Shown here in pieces: positions 49,193 to 59,478 of a stretch of 64,000 nucleotides of DNA (position 1 is its first letter; each line of letters opens with the position of its first letter). Position numbers and translations under genes: made by a program. The notes under the pieces are model-generated. The model did not search any database. It worked only from the letters and a program-made list of their open reading frames with translations, and was not told where the DNA came from. Source of the DNA: Bacteroides sp. (GTDB taxonomy: Bacteria > Bacteroidota > Bacteroidia > Bacteroidales > Bacteroidaceae); the NCBI RefSeq assembly GCF_017992695.1, contig NZ_JAGOOC010000001.1; one strand, written 5' to 3'.

Positions 49193-52100
49193 ATGAGAAA
49201 AACAATTGCCTGTATTGCACTACTAATCAATGTGCTAAACAGCTATGCAGAGACTCCGCTTTGGATGCGAGATGTACAAATTTCGCCCAACGGAAAACAA
49301 ATCGTCTTTTGTTATAAAGGAGACATTTATAGTGTACCCACAACCGGAGGACCGGCTATGCAGCTCACCACTCAGCCTTCTCAAGAGCGTGCACCGATCT
49401 GGTCGCCCGACGGAAAACAACTTGCTTTTGCCAGCGACAGAAACGGTAGCTTCGATATCTTCGTGATGCCTGCCACCGGAGGAATTGCCAAAAGGCTAAC
49501 GATGCATTCGGCTTCGGAAACACCTTACGCCTTCACACCCGATGGCACAGAAATACTCTTCTCGGCATCTATTCAAGACCCGGCATCGAGTGCCCTGTTT
49601 CCTACATCGGCAATGACCGAACTTTACAAGGTTAAGGTAGCCGACGGACAAACCCAACAAGTATTGGCAACACCTGCCGAAGCAATCGCTTACAGTTCGA
49701 CTGGCGATTTCTTCCTCTACCAAGATCGCAAAGGATTCGAGAATGAGTGGAGGAAGCACCACACCTCATCTATCACCCGCGACGTATGGATGTACAACAC
49801 CCAAACCGGCAAACACACCAATCTAACTAACCGTGCAGGAGAGGATCGCAATCCGGTACTCGCTCCCGACAACCAAACGGTATATTACTTGAGCGAACGA
49901 AACGGGTCATTTAACGTCTACTCCTTTCCGCTCAACAGCCCACAAACCGTTAAAGCCATAACCGCTTTCCAAACCCACCCCGTACGCTTTCTCTCTCTGA
50001 GCCATAATGGCACACTGTGCTACAGCTATGACGGAGAACTATACACGCAACAGCTCAACGGCACACCTCAGAAGGTAAACGTAGCGATCATTCGCGACGA
50101 TCAGGAGAAGATAGCCGACTTGAGCTTCACCAGCGACGCTACCTCGGCTACAGCATCGCCCGACGGCAAGCAGGTGGCCTTTATCGTTCGCGGTGAGGTG
50201 TTTGTAACCTCTGCAAACTACAGCACTACTAAGCAAATTACGCATACGCCCGAGCGGGAAGCCGGACTCTCGTTTGCACCAGATAACCGCACACTGGCCT
50301 ATGCCAGCGAACGCAACGGAAACTGGCAACTCTACCTAGCCAAGATAGCTCGTAAAGAGGAGTTGAATTTTCCAAATTCCACCCTGATCGAAGAAGAGGT
50401 TCTTTTGCCATCGACCACCATCGAGCGTGCCTACCCCCGATTTTCGCCCGATGGAAAAGAGTTGGCATTTATCGAAGACCGCAATCGATTGATGGTGCTC
50501 AATCTTGCCACACAGAAGGTGCGCCAAATTACAGATGGTTCGACGTGGTACAGCACCGGAGGAGGTTTCGACTATCAATGGTCGCCCGACGGAAAGTGGT
50601 TTACCCTCGAATTTATCGGCAACAAGCATGAACCCTATGCAGATATCGGTTTGGTAAGCGCACAAAACGGAGGAGATATCATCAACTTAACCAACAGCGG
50701 CTATACCAGCGGATCGCCACGCTGGGCAATGGATGGCAATGCCATTTTGTTCACAACCGAACGCTACGGTATGCGCGCTCACGCCTCTTGGGGTTCGCAA
50801 AAAGATGCAATGCTATTGTTTCTCAATCAAGATGCTTTCGACAAGTATCGCTTGAGCAAAGAGGATTACGAATTACAAAAGGAGCTGAAAGCCGAACAGG
50901 AAAAGGCTCGAAAAAAAGCAAGCATCAACAAGAAAGGTGATAAGAAAGGTAAGAGCGCAAAGAAAGAGGAGAAAGAGGAGGACAAAAAGGAGGAACAGCC
51001 CAAAGCGATCGTTGTGGAGCTCAAAAACATAGAAGACCGCATCGTGCGCCTCACGCCAAGCTCGTCTAACCTGGGCGATGTACTCATATCCAAAGATGGC
51101 GAAACACTCTATTACCTTCTCGGCTCTGAAGAGGGATATGAGATGTGGAAAATGGATATGCGCAAGAAAGAGACCAAGCTGCTGCACAAGCTAAATACCG
51201 GATGGGCGTCTATGGAATTAGACAAAGAGGGGAAGAACCTCTTCTTACTGGGCAGTAAAGCCATGCAAAAGATGGATGTAGCTGCAGAAAGCTTGAAACC
51301 GATCAGCTATAAAGCCGAAATGAAAATGGATTTGGCAGCCGAACGCGAATACATGTTCGACCACGTGTACAAACAGCAGCAGAAACGCTTCTATGACACC
51401 GGCATGCACGGAGTGAACTGGGATGTCCTGACGGCTGCTTACCGCAAGTTCCTGCCACACATCAACAACAACTACGACTTTGCCGAACTGCTGAGCGAAT
51501 GGTTGGGCGAGCTCAACGTGTCGCATACAGGAGGACGATTCTCTCCCAAAGCAACGGGTGAAGCCACAGCCAATCTGGGCATTCTCTTCGATTGGAATAA
51601 TCAAGGGAAGGGCGTGCTTATTGATGAGGTGATCGAAAAAGGACCTTTCGATCAAGCCAACTCCAAAGTGAAAGCCGGAGTGGTGATTGAAAAGATTAAC
51701 GGGCAGGAGGTTAGCCAAGTAGCAGATTACTTCGTGCTACTCAATGATCAAGCGAAGAAAAAGACCCTAGTGTCACTCTACAATCCGAAAAGCAGTGAAC
51801 GTTGGGAAGAGGTTGTACTCCCAATAACTGATGGCGCACTCAACGATTTGCTATACAGCCGCTGGGTGAAACAGCGTGCGGCAGACGTAGATAGATGGTC
51901 GAACGGACGTTTGGGCTATGTTCACATTCAGTCGATGGGCGATGACAGCTTCCGCTCCGTATACTCTGACATATTGGGAAAATACAACAAGCGCGAGGGC
52001 ATTGTTATCGACACCCGGTTCAACGGTGGTGGACGCTTGCACGAAGATATCGAAATACTGTTCAGCGGCAACAAGTATTTCACGCAGGTGGTGCGCGGAC

Positions 52101-52465
52101 GCGAAACCTGCGACATGCCCAGCCGTCGTTGGAACAAACCCTCTATCATGCTGATGTGTGAAGCCAATTACTCCAATGCACACGGCACACCGTGGGTGTA
52201 CAGCCATCAAAAACTGGGAAAACTGGTAGGCATGCCCGTACCCGGAACCATGACAAGCGTAAACTGGGAGCGCCTGCAAGACCCATCTCTGGTGTTTGGC
52301 ATCCCCGTAACCGGCTATCGCCTGCCCAACGGAAGCTACCTCGAAAACCAGGAACTTGAACCGAACGTTAAGGTGGCTAACTCACCCGAAACGATAGTGA
52401 AAGGTGAAGATACACAACTAAAAACAGCCGTAGAGGAGTTGTTAAAGGAGGTTACAGCCAAATAA
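49193..52465 (+). CDS. Tricorn-like S41 family peptidase with PD40/beta-propeller repeats and PDZ domain
   Basis: Signal peptide; repeated SPDGK motifs; NVSHTG, DTRFNGGG and YSNAHG; -7 box at 49143-49150. Confidence 0.93.
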   Translation: MRKTIACIALLINVLNSYAETPLWMRDVQISPNGKQIVFCYKGDIYSVPTTGGPAMQLTTQPSQERAPIWSPDGKQLAFASDRNGSFDIFVMPATGGIAKRLTMHSASETPYAFTPDGTEILFSASIQDPASSALFPTSAMTELYKVKVADGQTQQVLATPAEAIAYSSTGDFFLYQDRKGFENEWRKHHTSSITRDVWMYNTQTGKHTNLTNRAGEDRNPVLAPDNQTVYYLSERNGSFNVYSFPLNSPQTVKAITAFQTHPVRFLSLSHNGTLCYSYDGELYTQQLNGTPQKVNVAIIRDDQEKIADLSFTSDATSATASPDGKQVAFIVRGEVFVTSANYSTTKQITHTPEREAGLSFAPDNRTLAYASERNGNWQLYLAKIARKEELNFPNSTLIEEEVLLPSTTIERAYPRFSPDGKELAFIEDRNRLMVLNLATQKVRQITDGSTWYSTGGGFDYQWSPDGKWFTLEFIGNKHEPYADIGLVSAQNGGDIINLTNSGYTSGSPRWAMDGNAILFTTERYGMRAHASWGSQKDAMLLFLNQDAFDKYRLSKEDYELQKELKAEQEKARKKASINKKGDKKGKSAKKEEKEEDKKEEQPKAIVVELKNIEDRIVRLTPSSSNLGDVLISKDGETLYYLLGSEEGYEMWKMDMRKKETKLLHKLNTGWASMELDKEGKNLFLLGSKAMQKMDVAAESLKPISYKAEMKMDLAAEREYMFDHVYKQQQKRFYDTGMHGVNWDVLTAAYRKFLPHINNNYDFAELLSEWLGELNVSHTGGRFSPKATGEATANLGILFDWNNQGKGVLIDEVIEKGPFDQANSKVKAGVVIEKINGQEVSQVADYFVLLNDQAKKKTLVSLYNPKSSERWEEVVLPITDGALNDLLYSRWVKQRAADVDRWSNGRLGYVHIQSMGDDSFRSVYSDILGKYNKREGIVIDTRFNGGGRLHEDIEILFSGNKYFTQVVRGRETCDMPSRRWNKPSIMLMCEANYSNAHGTPWVYSHQKLGKLVGMPVPGTMTSVNWERLQDPSLVFGIPVTGYRLPNGSYLENQELEPNVKVANSPETIVKGEDTQLKTAVEELLKEVTAK

Positions 52466-52481
52466 CCTCTACCCAATACCC

Positions 52482-52534
52482 CCTAAAAAAGGCGAAGTCT
52501 ATCCACTGATATGGATAAACTTCGCCTTTTTAGG
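52482..52534. terminator. Bidirectional terminator between the S41 peptidase and tyrS
   Basis: CCTAAAAAAGGCGAAGTCTATCCA...TGGATAAACTTCGCCTTTTTAGG. Confidence 0.85.
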
Positions 52535-52551
52535 ATAACGAGTCAATCGAT

Positions 52552-53844
52552 TTACTTAGCCAGAATAAGGTAGTAGTTCTTCTTGCCTTTCTGAAGCAGT
52601 AAATATTTTCCGCCAAGCAGTTGTTCGACTGTGATAAGTTGATCAAAATCAGTCAGCTTCTCTTTATTCAATGACACACCACCGCTTTGAACCAACTTAC
52701 GCATTTCGCCTTTCGAAGCAAATGCCGGAGCATGGTCTACAAACAGGTCAACCGCCTTTACGCCTGCGAGCAAAGTATCACGCGACACGTCGAACTGCGG
52801 AACCCCTTCGAAAACGGCCAATAGCGTCTCTTCATCAAGCTTTCTAAGCGCGTCTGAGGTAGCATTGCCAAACAAGATGCCCGATGCCTCTACGGCCGCA
52901 TTATAGTCCTCTTCCGAGTGAACCATAATGGTGACCTCTTTAGCCAAACGTTTTTGCAGCACCCGCAAATGAGGAGCTTGCTGATGCTCGGCAACTAAAC
53001 CATCAATTACCTCTTTGGATAACGAGGTGAAAATCTTGATATAGCGTTCGGCATCTGCATCACTCACGTTAAGCCAGAACTGGTAGAATTTATAGGGAGA
53101 GGTATAGCGAGCATCGAGCCATATGTTGCCCGATTCCGTTTTACCAAACTTGCCTCCGTCTGCTTTGGTAATAAGTGGACAGGTAAGGGCATAGGCTTCG
53201 CCACCATTGGTGCGACGAATAAGCTCGGTACCGGTCGTGATATTACCCCATTGATCGGAGCCTCCCATTTGGAGCTTACAGCCTTTAACCTTGTTTAAAT
53301 GAAGAAAATCGTAGGCCTGCAACAGCTGATAGGTAAATTCAGTAAACGATAGTCCGTCGCGAGCTTCACCCGTGAGACGCTTCTTCACTGACTCCTTGGA
53401 CATCATGTAGTTCACCGTAATGTGCTTACCCACCTCACGAGCGAAGTCGAGGAAGGTGAAATCTTTCATCCAGTCGTAATTGTTAACCAATTCGGCCCGA
53501 TTGGGTGCATCCGACTCAAAGTCGAGAAATTTATTCAGTTGTTTTTTGATTGAATCTTGATTGTGACGCAGTGTCTTTTCGTCGAGCAGGTTACGCTCAG
53601 CCGATTTTCCTGAAGGATCACCAATCATACCGGTAGCACCACCGATGAGCGCCAACGGCTTGTGACCACAACGCTGAAGATGACGAAGCATCATCACGCC
53701 ACATAGATGTCCAATGTGTAGTGAATCGGCCGTGGGGTCGATACCTACATAAGCAGTCACTTGTTCTTTAGCTAATAATTCTTCCGTGCCGGGCATCATA
53801 TCGTGCACCATTCCACGCCATCTAAGTTCTTCTACAAAATTCAT
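52552..53844 (-). CDS. tyrS: Tyrosine-tRNA ligase
   Basis: [28 protein letters not shown] and C-terminal S4 domain; -7 box at 53877-53884. Confidence 0.98.
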   Translation of the reverse strand: MNFVEELRWRGMVHDMMPGTEELLAKEQVTAYVGIDPTADSLHIGHLCGVMMLRHLQRCGHKPLALIGGATGMIGDPSGKSAERNLLDEKTLRHNQDSIKKQLNKFLDFESDAPNRAELVNNYDWMKDFTFLDFAREVGKHITVNYMMSKESVKKRLTGEARDGLSFTEFTYQLLQAYDFLHLNKVKGCKLQMGGSDQWGNITTGTELIRRTNGGEAYALTCPLITKADGGKFGKTESGNIWLDARYTSPYKFYQFWLNVSDADAERYIKIFTSLSKEVIDGLVAEHQQAPHLRVLQKRLAKEVTIMVHSEEDYNAAVEASGILFGNATSDALRKLDEETLLAVFEGVPQFDVSRDTLLAGVKAVDLFVDHAPAFASKGEMRKLVQSGGVSLNKEKLTDFDQLITVEQLLGGKYLLLQKGKKNYYLILAK

Positions 53845-53901
53845 CGAATGATCGTTTTAATTTTTGGTAATGGAAACAAAAGTACGACTCTTTATCGAAA
53901 G

Positions 53902-54561
53902 TCACAACTGTTGACGATTAAAAAACACCTCCCGAATGTTTTGTTGTACCTGTACAATGAGTTCATCAAGACTCATTTGCCGCACAGTGGCTATCCGTTT
54001 ATAGATCTCCTCGATAGTAAGTTGACCGTCATCGGTTTCAAGAAACAAACGGTTGAGCGGAGTCTGGCAAACCGCCTCTTCGTTGTAGCGTGCCCCAAAG
54101 GAGAGATAACCACCCAAAGCGATCCATTGGTTGGCCAACGAGGCATTGCCACGAAAGCCATGCAGAATCCACGGAAGAGTAGAGGTACCCGCACGAAGCA
54201 TGCGTTGTAGCACATCAGAAGAGCGGACGTTGTGAATCAGTAAAGGTTTGTGCAGGCTTTCGGCTATATGTACTTGTGTGGCAAAAAGCTCTTCTTGGCG
54301 TTGCAGCCACTCGGGGTGTACAAGCTTATCGAGCCCGCACTCGCCAATAGCCAGGACTTGCGGGTGGGCAGCGAGGTTCTTGAAAGAGTCCCAGTCGGGG
54401 GTTGCATCTTTGAATAAACAAACATCCCACGGATGAATACCGATGGAGTAATATCGCCCCTGCTCGAATGAAAAGGGTTCGGGAAAGCGGATGTTTACAA
54501 TCGCCCGTGAGGCTGGGGTAGACAAGTGGTGCGAGTGGATATCAAAGGGATACATCATCAC
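53902..54561 (-). CDS. TatD family hydrolase
   Basis: DIHSH, GIHPW, AIGECGLD, HGFRG and LETDD. Confidence 0.92.
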   Translation of the reverse strand: MMMYPFDIHSHHLSTPASRAIVNIRFPEPFSFEQGRYYSIGIHPWDVCLFKDATPDWDSFKNLAAHPQVLAIGECGLDKLVHPEWLQRQEELFATQVHIAESLHKPLLIHNVRSSDVLQRMLRAGTSTLPWILHGFRGNASLANQWIALGGYLSFGARYNEEAVCQTPLNRLFLETDDGQLTIEEIYKRIATVRQMSLDELIVQVQQNIREVFFNRQQL

Positions 54562-54570
54562 TACAAACAG

Positions 54571-54795
54571 TTAGGGAACCGGGTCATAACCGGAGCCTCC
54601 CCAAGGGTGGCAACGCAATATACGCCGAATAGTTAGGTAAATGCCCCGAAAAGGACCATGTTTTTTAATCGCTTCAATAGCATATTGCGAACAGGTGGGC
54701 GTAAAACGACAAGAAGGAGGTAGCATGGGCGAAATTGCTGCCCGATAAAAATAAATAGGTAGCAGCAGGAGATAGGAGAGGAGGCGCTTCATCAT
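54571..54795 (-). CDS. yidD: Membrane protein insertion efficiency factor YidD
   Basis: [10 protein letters not shown] and [17 protein letters not shown]. Confidence 0.96.
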   Translation of the reverse strand: MMKRLLSYLLLLPIYFYRAAISPMLPPSCRFTPTCSQYAIEAIKKHGPFRGIYLTIRRILRCHPWGGSGYDPVP

Positions 54796-55169
54796 GATTG
54801 CTCTACCATACGTGCCAGCAGCACTTTCATCTTCTCCTCGATGAGGGCAGACGACACCAGCTGATCTGATAAGTATATGAACGCAATAGCCAAAGGCTTA
54901 CCTTGCGTTTCGAGTGTTTCAAGCAGTCCGTGCTTGTTTTTGCGGTACGCCTCTCGAATCTGTCGTTTCACCCGATTGCGCTTGACCGCTCGTTTAAAGC
55001 GTTTTTTCGAAACACTCACCAATACAGAGGCGTATGCTTCTTGCTCATCCATAGGCATATAGACCACACGCAATGGATAGACCGAGAAAGATTTCGAGAC
55101 ACCGCCCGTGAACATCTGGTCGATAACCGTTTTACTATGAAGCCGCTCGGCTTTGCGCAGTGTGTTCAC
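54792..55169 (-). CDS. rnpA: Ribonuclease P protein component
   Basis: [27 protein letters not shown]; probable GTG start at 55169 (ORF-track TTG at 55196). Confidence 0.94.
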   Translation of the reverse strand: MNTLRKAERLHSKTVIDQMFTGGVSKSFSVYPLRVVYMPMDEQEAYASVLVSVSKKRFKRAVKRNRVKRQIREAYRKNKHGLLETLETQGKPLAIAFIYLSDQLVSSALIEEKMKVLLARMVEQS

Positions 55170-55197
55170 GTTTTGCAATGGTTTATAATTAAACAAA

Positions 55198-55267
55198 AAT
55201 GGTTATTGGTAAAGGGTTTACAGCTACGCAAAATGCGCATAACAGCAACCACTTACCAGTAACCATT
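55198..55267. repeat. Long hairpin filling the hemD-rnpA intergenic region
   Basis: AATGGTTATTGGTAA / TTACCAGTAACCATT arms (14/15) with nested GGTT/AACC and CGCA/TGCG stems. Confidence 0.75.
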
Positions 55268-55274
55268 CAACCTT

Positions 55275-56027
55275 TTATTTTCCTTTGTTCGTCTCTTTGA
55301 TAAATAGATCTAGCGCGGCTGTCATAGAGGGAGCCTGCACACTTGGTGCTTCAAGATCAAGACGAAGTCCGGCATCGCGTACTGCCTGAGCAGTGGTCGA
55401 GCCAAATGTACCAATTTTAATATTCTTTTGGTCAAAGTTGGGGAAGTTTTTTTGCAACGAGGTTACACCGGCTGGACTAAAGAAAACGAGCATGTCGTAA
55501 TCAAATGTCTCTTCGGCCGTAAAATCATTGCTCACCGTGCGATACATTACTGCCTCGGCATGCTGTATGTTGTTCTTATCCAGCAACTTTTGGAAGTCGT
55601 CGTTATGCACATCTGACATAGGTATCAGATACTTCTCAGTTTTATGTTTGATGATCGACGGAATCAAATCTTCTACTTTTCCGGTATTACCAAAAAAGAT
55701 TTTACGTTTACGGTACTGCACGTATTTCTGTATATAAAGTGCTACAGATTCAGTTACACAGAAATATTTCATGTTCTCTGAAATAGGCACACGCAGCTCT
55801 GTACAAAGTCCAAAGAAGTGATCAATCGCATGACGCGAGGTGAATATGACTGCAGTATGATCCAAAATCGAGATCTTCTGCTGCCTGAATTCCTTGGCAG
55901 AGAGGCTTTCTACCTTAATAAACGGGCGGAAATCAATCTTTACACCATACTTTTCAGCAATGTCATAGTAAGGAGATTTGTCTGAAGCAGGTTTGGGCTG
56001 CGACACAAGTACTTTCTTAATTTTCAA
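55275..56027 (-). CDS. hemD: Uroporphyrinogen-III synthase-like protein
   Basis: KKVLVSQPKP, IFTSRHAI, YRTV and FFSPAGV; TTG start. Confidence 0.85.
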   Translation of the reverse strand: MKIKKVLVSQPKPASDKSPYYDIAEKYGVKIDFRPFIKVESLSAKEFRQQKISILDHTAVIFTSRHAIDHFFGLCTELRVPISENMKYFCVTESVALYIQKYVQYRKRKIFFGNTGKVEDLIPSIIKHKTEKYLIPMSDVHNDDFQKLLDKNNIQHAEAVMYRTVSNDFTAEETFDYDMLVFFSPAGVTSLQKNFPNFDQKNIKIGTFGSTTAQAVRDAGLRLDLEAPSVQAPSMTAALDLFIKETNKGK

Positions 56028-56031
56028 CGTC

Positions 56032-56865
56032 CTAAAATTTTGTTACCAAATAATTGTTTAGCTCCATCACACCTCTATAAAGCAATAGGCAAGGTATGAT
56101 TTCAAGGGCACAAAAGTACAAAATTAAAAGCAGAAGCTCATTAAAATTAGCGGAAAAAAGCTTTATCCACTTATAAAACATCAATATTTTAGTAAAAATG
56201 AGTAAACAAGCTCCGCTAACAACCCATAAAGTTATATTTAGATTGAAATAAATTAGGAAAAGAACGAAAGGGAAAAGCGCAAAACCAACGTAATAAATAA
56301 GGGTAGAATAAGCTTCCAGCCACACCGAAGAGGTGTTTTTGTTGAAAAAAGTCCATCCTAAAAAAGTGTAGATGACCCATTTTAAAACAAAGTAAAGAAT
56401 GCAAACAGCTATATAACTTACAAGCAAGACGTGAGGCGAAACCTCTTTTATAAGTAGCGGGTGCAGATCATTGAAGTAATTAAAGATGCAGATACCTGAC
56501 AACACACACGTTTGTACACCCAAAAACAGCAAAGAACGAAGATCGCCTGCTGTGGAGGTACTAAAAATACTGGCACGATCGCGCTGAAGCAGAAAGCTCT
56601 TTCCGAGCTGCGAGAGAAAACGTTTATTGCGCGACAGAGCAAACGAAGTGAGTAGAAAGCAGCATAGTAAAATGAGCGCCAAACCATCGTCCGTGCGGGG
56701 AGAGTAGGGAAGGGGTTGACCCTCTTGTCCCGATGCAAATTCGCGTTGGGTGTAGTAACGAGTAAGGCGCAGGCTATCTTTAGAAACAAATTGATTCTCG
56801 TAAAATAGCGGCAGCTCTTGAATTAGCAACACATCAACACCTAATGAATCGGTCACCACATTCAT
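56032..56865 (-). CDS. DUF4271-family membrane protein
   Basis: Probable start MNVVTD at 56865 overlapping the upstream stop; GQPLPYSPR..D and YFCALEIIP. Confidence 0.8.
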   Translation of the reverse strand: MNVVTDSLGVDVLLIQELPLFYENQFVSKDSLRLTRYYTQREFASGQEGQPLPYSPRTDDGLALILLCCFLLTSFALSRNKRFLSQLGKSFLLQRDRASIFSTSTAGDLRSLLFLGVQTCVLSGICIFNYFNDLHPLLIKEVSPHVLLVSYIAVCILYFVLKWVIYTFLGWTFFNKNTSSVWLEAYSTLIYYVGFALFPFVLFLIYFNLNITLWVVSGACLLIFTKILMFYKWIKLFSANFNELLLLILYFCALEIIPCLLLYRGVMELNNYLVTKF

Positions 56866-57449
56866 ATCGCAGCAAGTTTGCGGATGGAAGCGTCCCACAC
56901 AGGGACGCTATAAACCAAATCAATAGCCTCTTCGGGCGTATGAGCCACATGCCAGATATCGCCATGTTGGCGTCGCATGAAGTTTTCGCCAATAGCACGT
57001 TCAAGCATCACCAACAAGGGATCAAAGAAGCCATTCGTATTCAGAATCACAATCGGGTTGAGGTACAATCCAAGCTGCTTCCAAGTGATGATTTCGAGCA
57101 GCTCTTCGAGTGTACCACAGCCTCCGGGCAGTGCAATTACAGCATCGCTGAGATCGGCCATGAGCTGTTTACGTTCGTGCATGCCCTCTACCTCCACCAA
57201 GCGGGTCAATCCGGTATGGTGCCATCCCTGTTCAATCATGAAACGAGGGATCACTCCGATGGCTTCTCCACCGGCCTCAAGGGTTGCATCAGCTACCGAT
57301 CGCATCAGACCGATGTTGCCTGCACCATTGATTAGACGAATCTGCTTCGAGGCCATCAGCTTTCCTAGCTGATGAGCAGCCTCGAAATAGCATGCATCAA
57401 TTTGGGTACTCGATGCGCTGTACACGCATACCGATTGTATTTGATTCAT
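56862..57449 (-). CDS. LOG family (TIGR00730) nucleotide phosphoribohydrolase
   Basis: GLMRSVAD, GVIP, MHERK and PGGCGTLEE. Confidence 0.93.
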   Translation of the reverse strand: MNQIQSVCVYSASSTQIDACYFEAAHQLGKLMASKQIRLINGAGNIGLMRSVADATLEAGGEAIGVIPRFMIEQGWHHTGLTRLVEVEGMHERKQLMADLSDAVIALPGGCGTLEELLEIITWKQLGLYLNPIVILNTNGFFDPLLVMLERAIGENFMRRQHGDIWHVAHTPEEAIDLVYSVPVWDASIRKLAAI

Positions 57450-57468
57450 TTTTCTTTGTAACTCGATT

Positions 57469-58761
57469 TTATAAACCGAAAGCAGCTTTTATACGGTCAA
57501 CGTAATCAAGCTTTTCCCAGGTAAACAGTTCCACTTCAATAACCTTAGTATTTTGGTAACGAGAAGTAAACGCCTTGGTTACGGTGCGAGGCTCGCGCCC
57601 CATGTGTCCGTAAGCAGCGGTTTCACTATAAATGGGGTTACGCAACTTTAAACGCTCTTCAATAGCCTTGGGGCGCATGTCGAACAGTTCATCGATCTTA
57701 CGTGCAATCTCTCCATCGCTCATCTTCACGTTGCTGCGTCCGTAAGTATCTACATAGATATTGATGGGGCGAGCTACACCAATGGCATAAGAAACCTGCA
57801 CCAACAATTCGTCGGCTACGCCTGCTGCAACCAGGTTCTTGGCAATGTGACGGGCCGCATAAGCAGCACTACGATCCACCTTGCTGGGGTCTTTTCCAGA
57901 GAAAGCACCTCCACCGTGAGCACCTTTACCACCGTAAGTATCCACAATAATCTTACGGCCAGTCAAACCGGTATCCCCGTGAGGACCACCAATCACAAAC
58001 TTGCCGGTAGGATTTACATGATAGGTAATGCGATCATTGAATAGTGCCAAGACAGCCTCATGCGTAATTTCAGCAATAACGCGTGGCATAAGCACCTCGA
58101 TTACATCGCGACGAATAATGGCCAGCATCTCTTCGTCTGCTTTGAGTTGTGCTTCGACCGAATCATCAACGGGTGCAATAAAATCATCATGCTGTGTTGA
58201 AACAACAATCGTATCAATGCGCACCGGATGTCCGTTATCATCATATTCAATGGTTACTTGGCTCTTTGCATCGGGGCGAAGGTAAGTCATCTGCACACCT
58301 TCACGACGAATTTCGGCTAGCACTTGCAAAATGCGGTGCGCCAAATCGAGTGAAAGAGGCATGTAGTTTTCAGTTTCATTCGTAGCATAGCCAAACATCA
58401 TGCCTTGGTCTCCTGCACCCTGCTCCATCGGATCTGCGCGCTCTACACCACGGTTAATGTCGGCACTCTGTTCGTGTATAGCAGAGAACACTCCACATGA
58501 GTTACTCTCAAACATATACTCACCTTTAGTATAGCCAATTTTTTTGATTACTTCGCGGGCAATAAGCTGAAGGTCAACGTATGCTTCGGTTTTCACTTCT
58601 CCAGCTAGCACTACCTGTCCGGTAGTTACTAAGGTTTCGCAAGCTACTTTCGAACTGGGGTCAAATGCCAACAGCTTGTCTAGTACAGCGTCCGATATTT
58701 GATCGGCCACTTTGTCGGGGTGTCCTTCAGACACCGACTCGGATGTGAATAAATATCCCAT
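57469..58761 (-). CDS. metK: S-adenosylmethionine synthetase
   Basis: [28 protein letters not shown] and YGHMGR. Confidence 0.98.
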   Translation of the reverse strand: MGYLFTSESVSEGHPDKVADQISDAVLDKLLAFDPSSKVACETLVTTGQVVLAGEVKTEAYVDLQLIAREVIKKIGYTKGEYMFESNSCGVFSAIHEQSADINRGVERADPMEQGAGDQGMMFGYATNETENYMPLSLDLAHRILQVLAEIRREGVQMTYLRPDAKSQVTIEYDDNGHPVRIDTIVVSTQHDDFIAPVDDSVEAQLKADEEMLAIIRRDVIEVLMPRVIAEITHEAVLALFNDRITYHVNPTGKFVIGGPHGDTGLTGRKIIVDTYGGKGAHGGGAFSGKDPSKVDRSAAYAARHIAKNLVAAGVADELLVQVSYAIGVARPINIYVDTYGRSNVKMSDGEIARKIDELFDMRPKAIEERLKLRNPIYSETAAYGHMGREPRTVTKAFTSRYQNTKVIEVELFTWEKLDYVDRIKAAFGL

Positions 58762-58798
58762 TCTGTTTTAAGAATTAAGAATTAAAAATAGATGTTCG

Positions 58799-58879
58799 TT
58801 ACGAAACAGAGGTTGAGAACAGGGGGCAGAGTAGCATACCTATAACAGGTACGGAGAGAAAACGATATTGTTTTAGCAT
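58799..58879 (-). CDS. Putative 26-aa leader peptide (uORF) between the SAM-II aptamer and metK
   Basis: ATG 58879 to TAA 58799: MLKQYRFLSVPVIGMLLCPLFSTSVS; preceded by AAAAAA, a Bacteroidetes-type start context. Confidence 0.5.
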   Translation of the reverse strand: MLKQYRFLSVPVIGMLLCPLFSTSVS

Positions 58880-58920
58880 TTTTTTCCGTGGTTGCAAGCT
58901 ACTCAAATCTGTCCACCTTT
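58868..58920 (-). ncRNA. SAM-II class riboswitch upstream of metK
   Basis: GUGG-ACA-GAUUUG-AG-UAGC-UUGCAA-CCAC-GGAAAAAAAU-GCUAAAAC: P1 GUGG/CCAC, conserved GAUUU, UUGCAA and GCUAAA, pseudoknot UAGC/GCUA; -7 box at 58933-58940. Confidence 0.85.
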
Positions 58921-58995
58921 CATTTCAGGGGGCAAAGGTAGCGAATCCTTTTGATTTAGCTGCTACATGAAACACAGATTAACATCCGTTTATGC

Positions 58996-59466
58996 TCACT
59001 TATTTAGCTCTTCGAGCAGCTGTTTCATCGTTTGCTTTAACAAGGGATGTTCGAGGTCGGGAGCTATCTCGGCCAAAGGCTCCATAACAAAGCGACGATC
59101 GGTCATTAATGGATGAGGAATGGTAAGTTCCTCAGTGGCAAGAACAGTATCGCCATAAAGAAGCAGATCAATATCAATCACCCGGTCGACATAAGCTCCA
59201 TCGACCGATTTAGCAGTACGTCCCAACTCGCGTTCAATTTGCTGAGTGAGCGTTAGCACCTTCCGGGGTGAAAGGTTTGTCTCTACACCAATCACGGCAT
59301 TTAAGAAACTATGGTCTGATGCGAAGCCCCAAGGAGCAGTAGCATAAAGAGCGGATAGGGAAATCCGTTTCCCTATCCGCTCTTCTATTTTTTGAATCGC
59401 ACTGCGCAGATGCGCCTCTTTGTCGCCAAGGTTAGTACCTAAACTAAAATAAACGTTGAGCATCAA
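58996..59466 (-). CDS. folK: 2-amino-4-hydroxy-6-hydroxymethyldihydropteridine pyrophosphokinase
   Basis: SLGTNLGD, FLNAV, DRVIDIDLL, IPHP and RRFV. Confidence 0.96.
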   Translation of the reverse strand: MMLNVYFSLGTNLGDKEAHLRSAIQKIEERIGKRISLSALYATAPWGFASDHSFLNAVIGVETNLSPRKVLTLTQQIERELGRTAKSVDGAYVDRVIDIDLLLYGDTVLATEELTIPHPLMTDRRFVMEPLAEIAPDLEHPLLKQTMKQLLEELNK

Positions 59467-59478
59467 TGTGTATTGCGA

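Noticed and set aside
58769-58790. AAGAATT heptamer repeats before the metK start
   Set aside because: Only 2-3 short AT-rich units, too little to interpret
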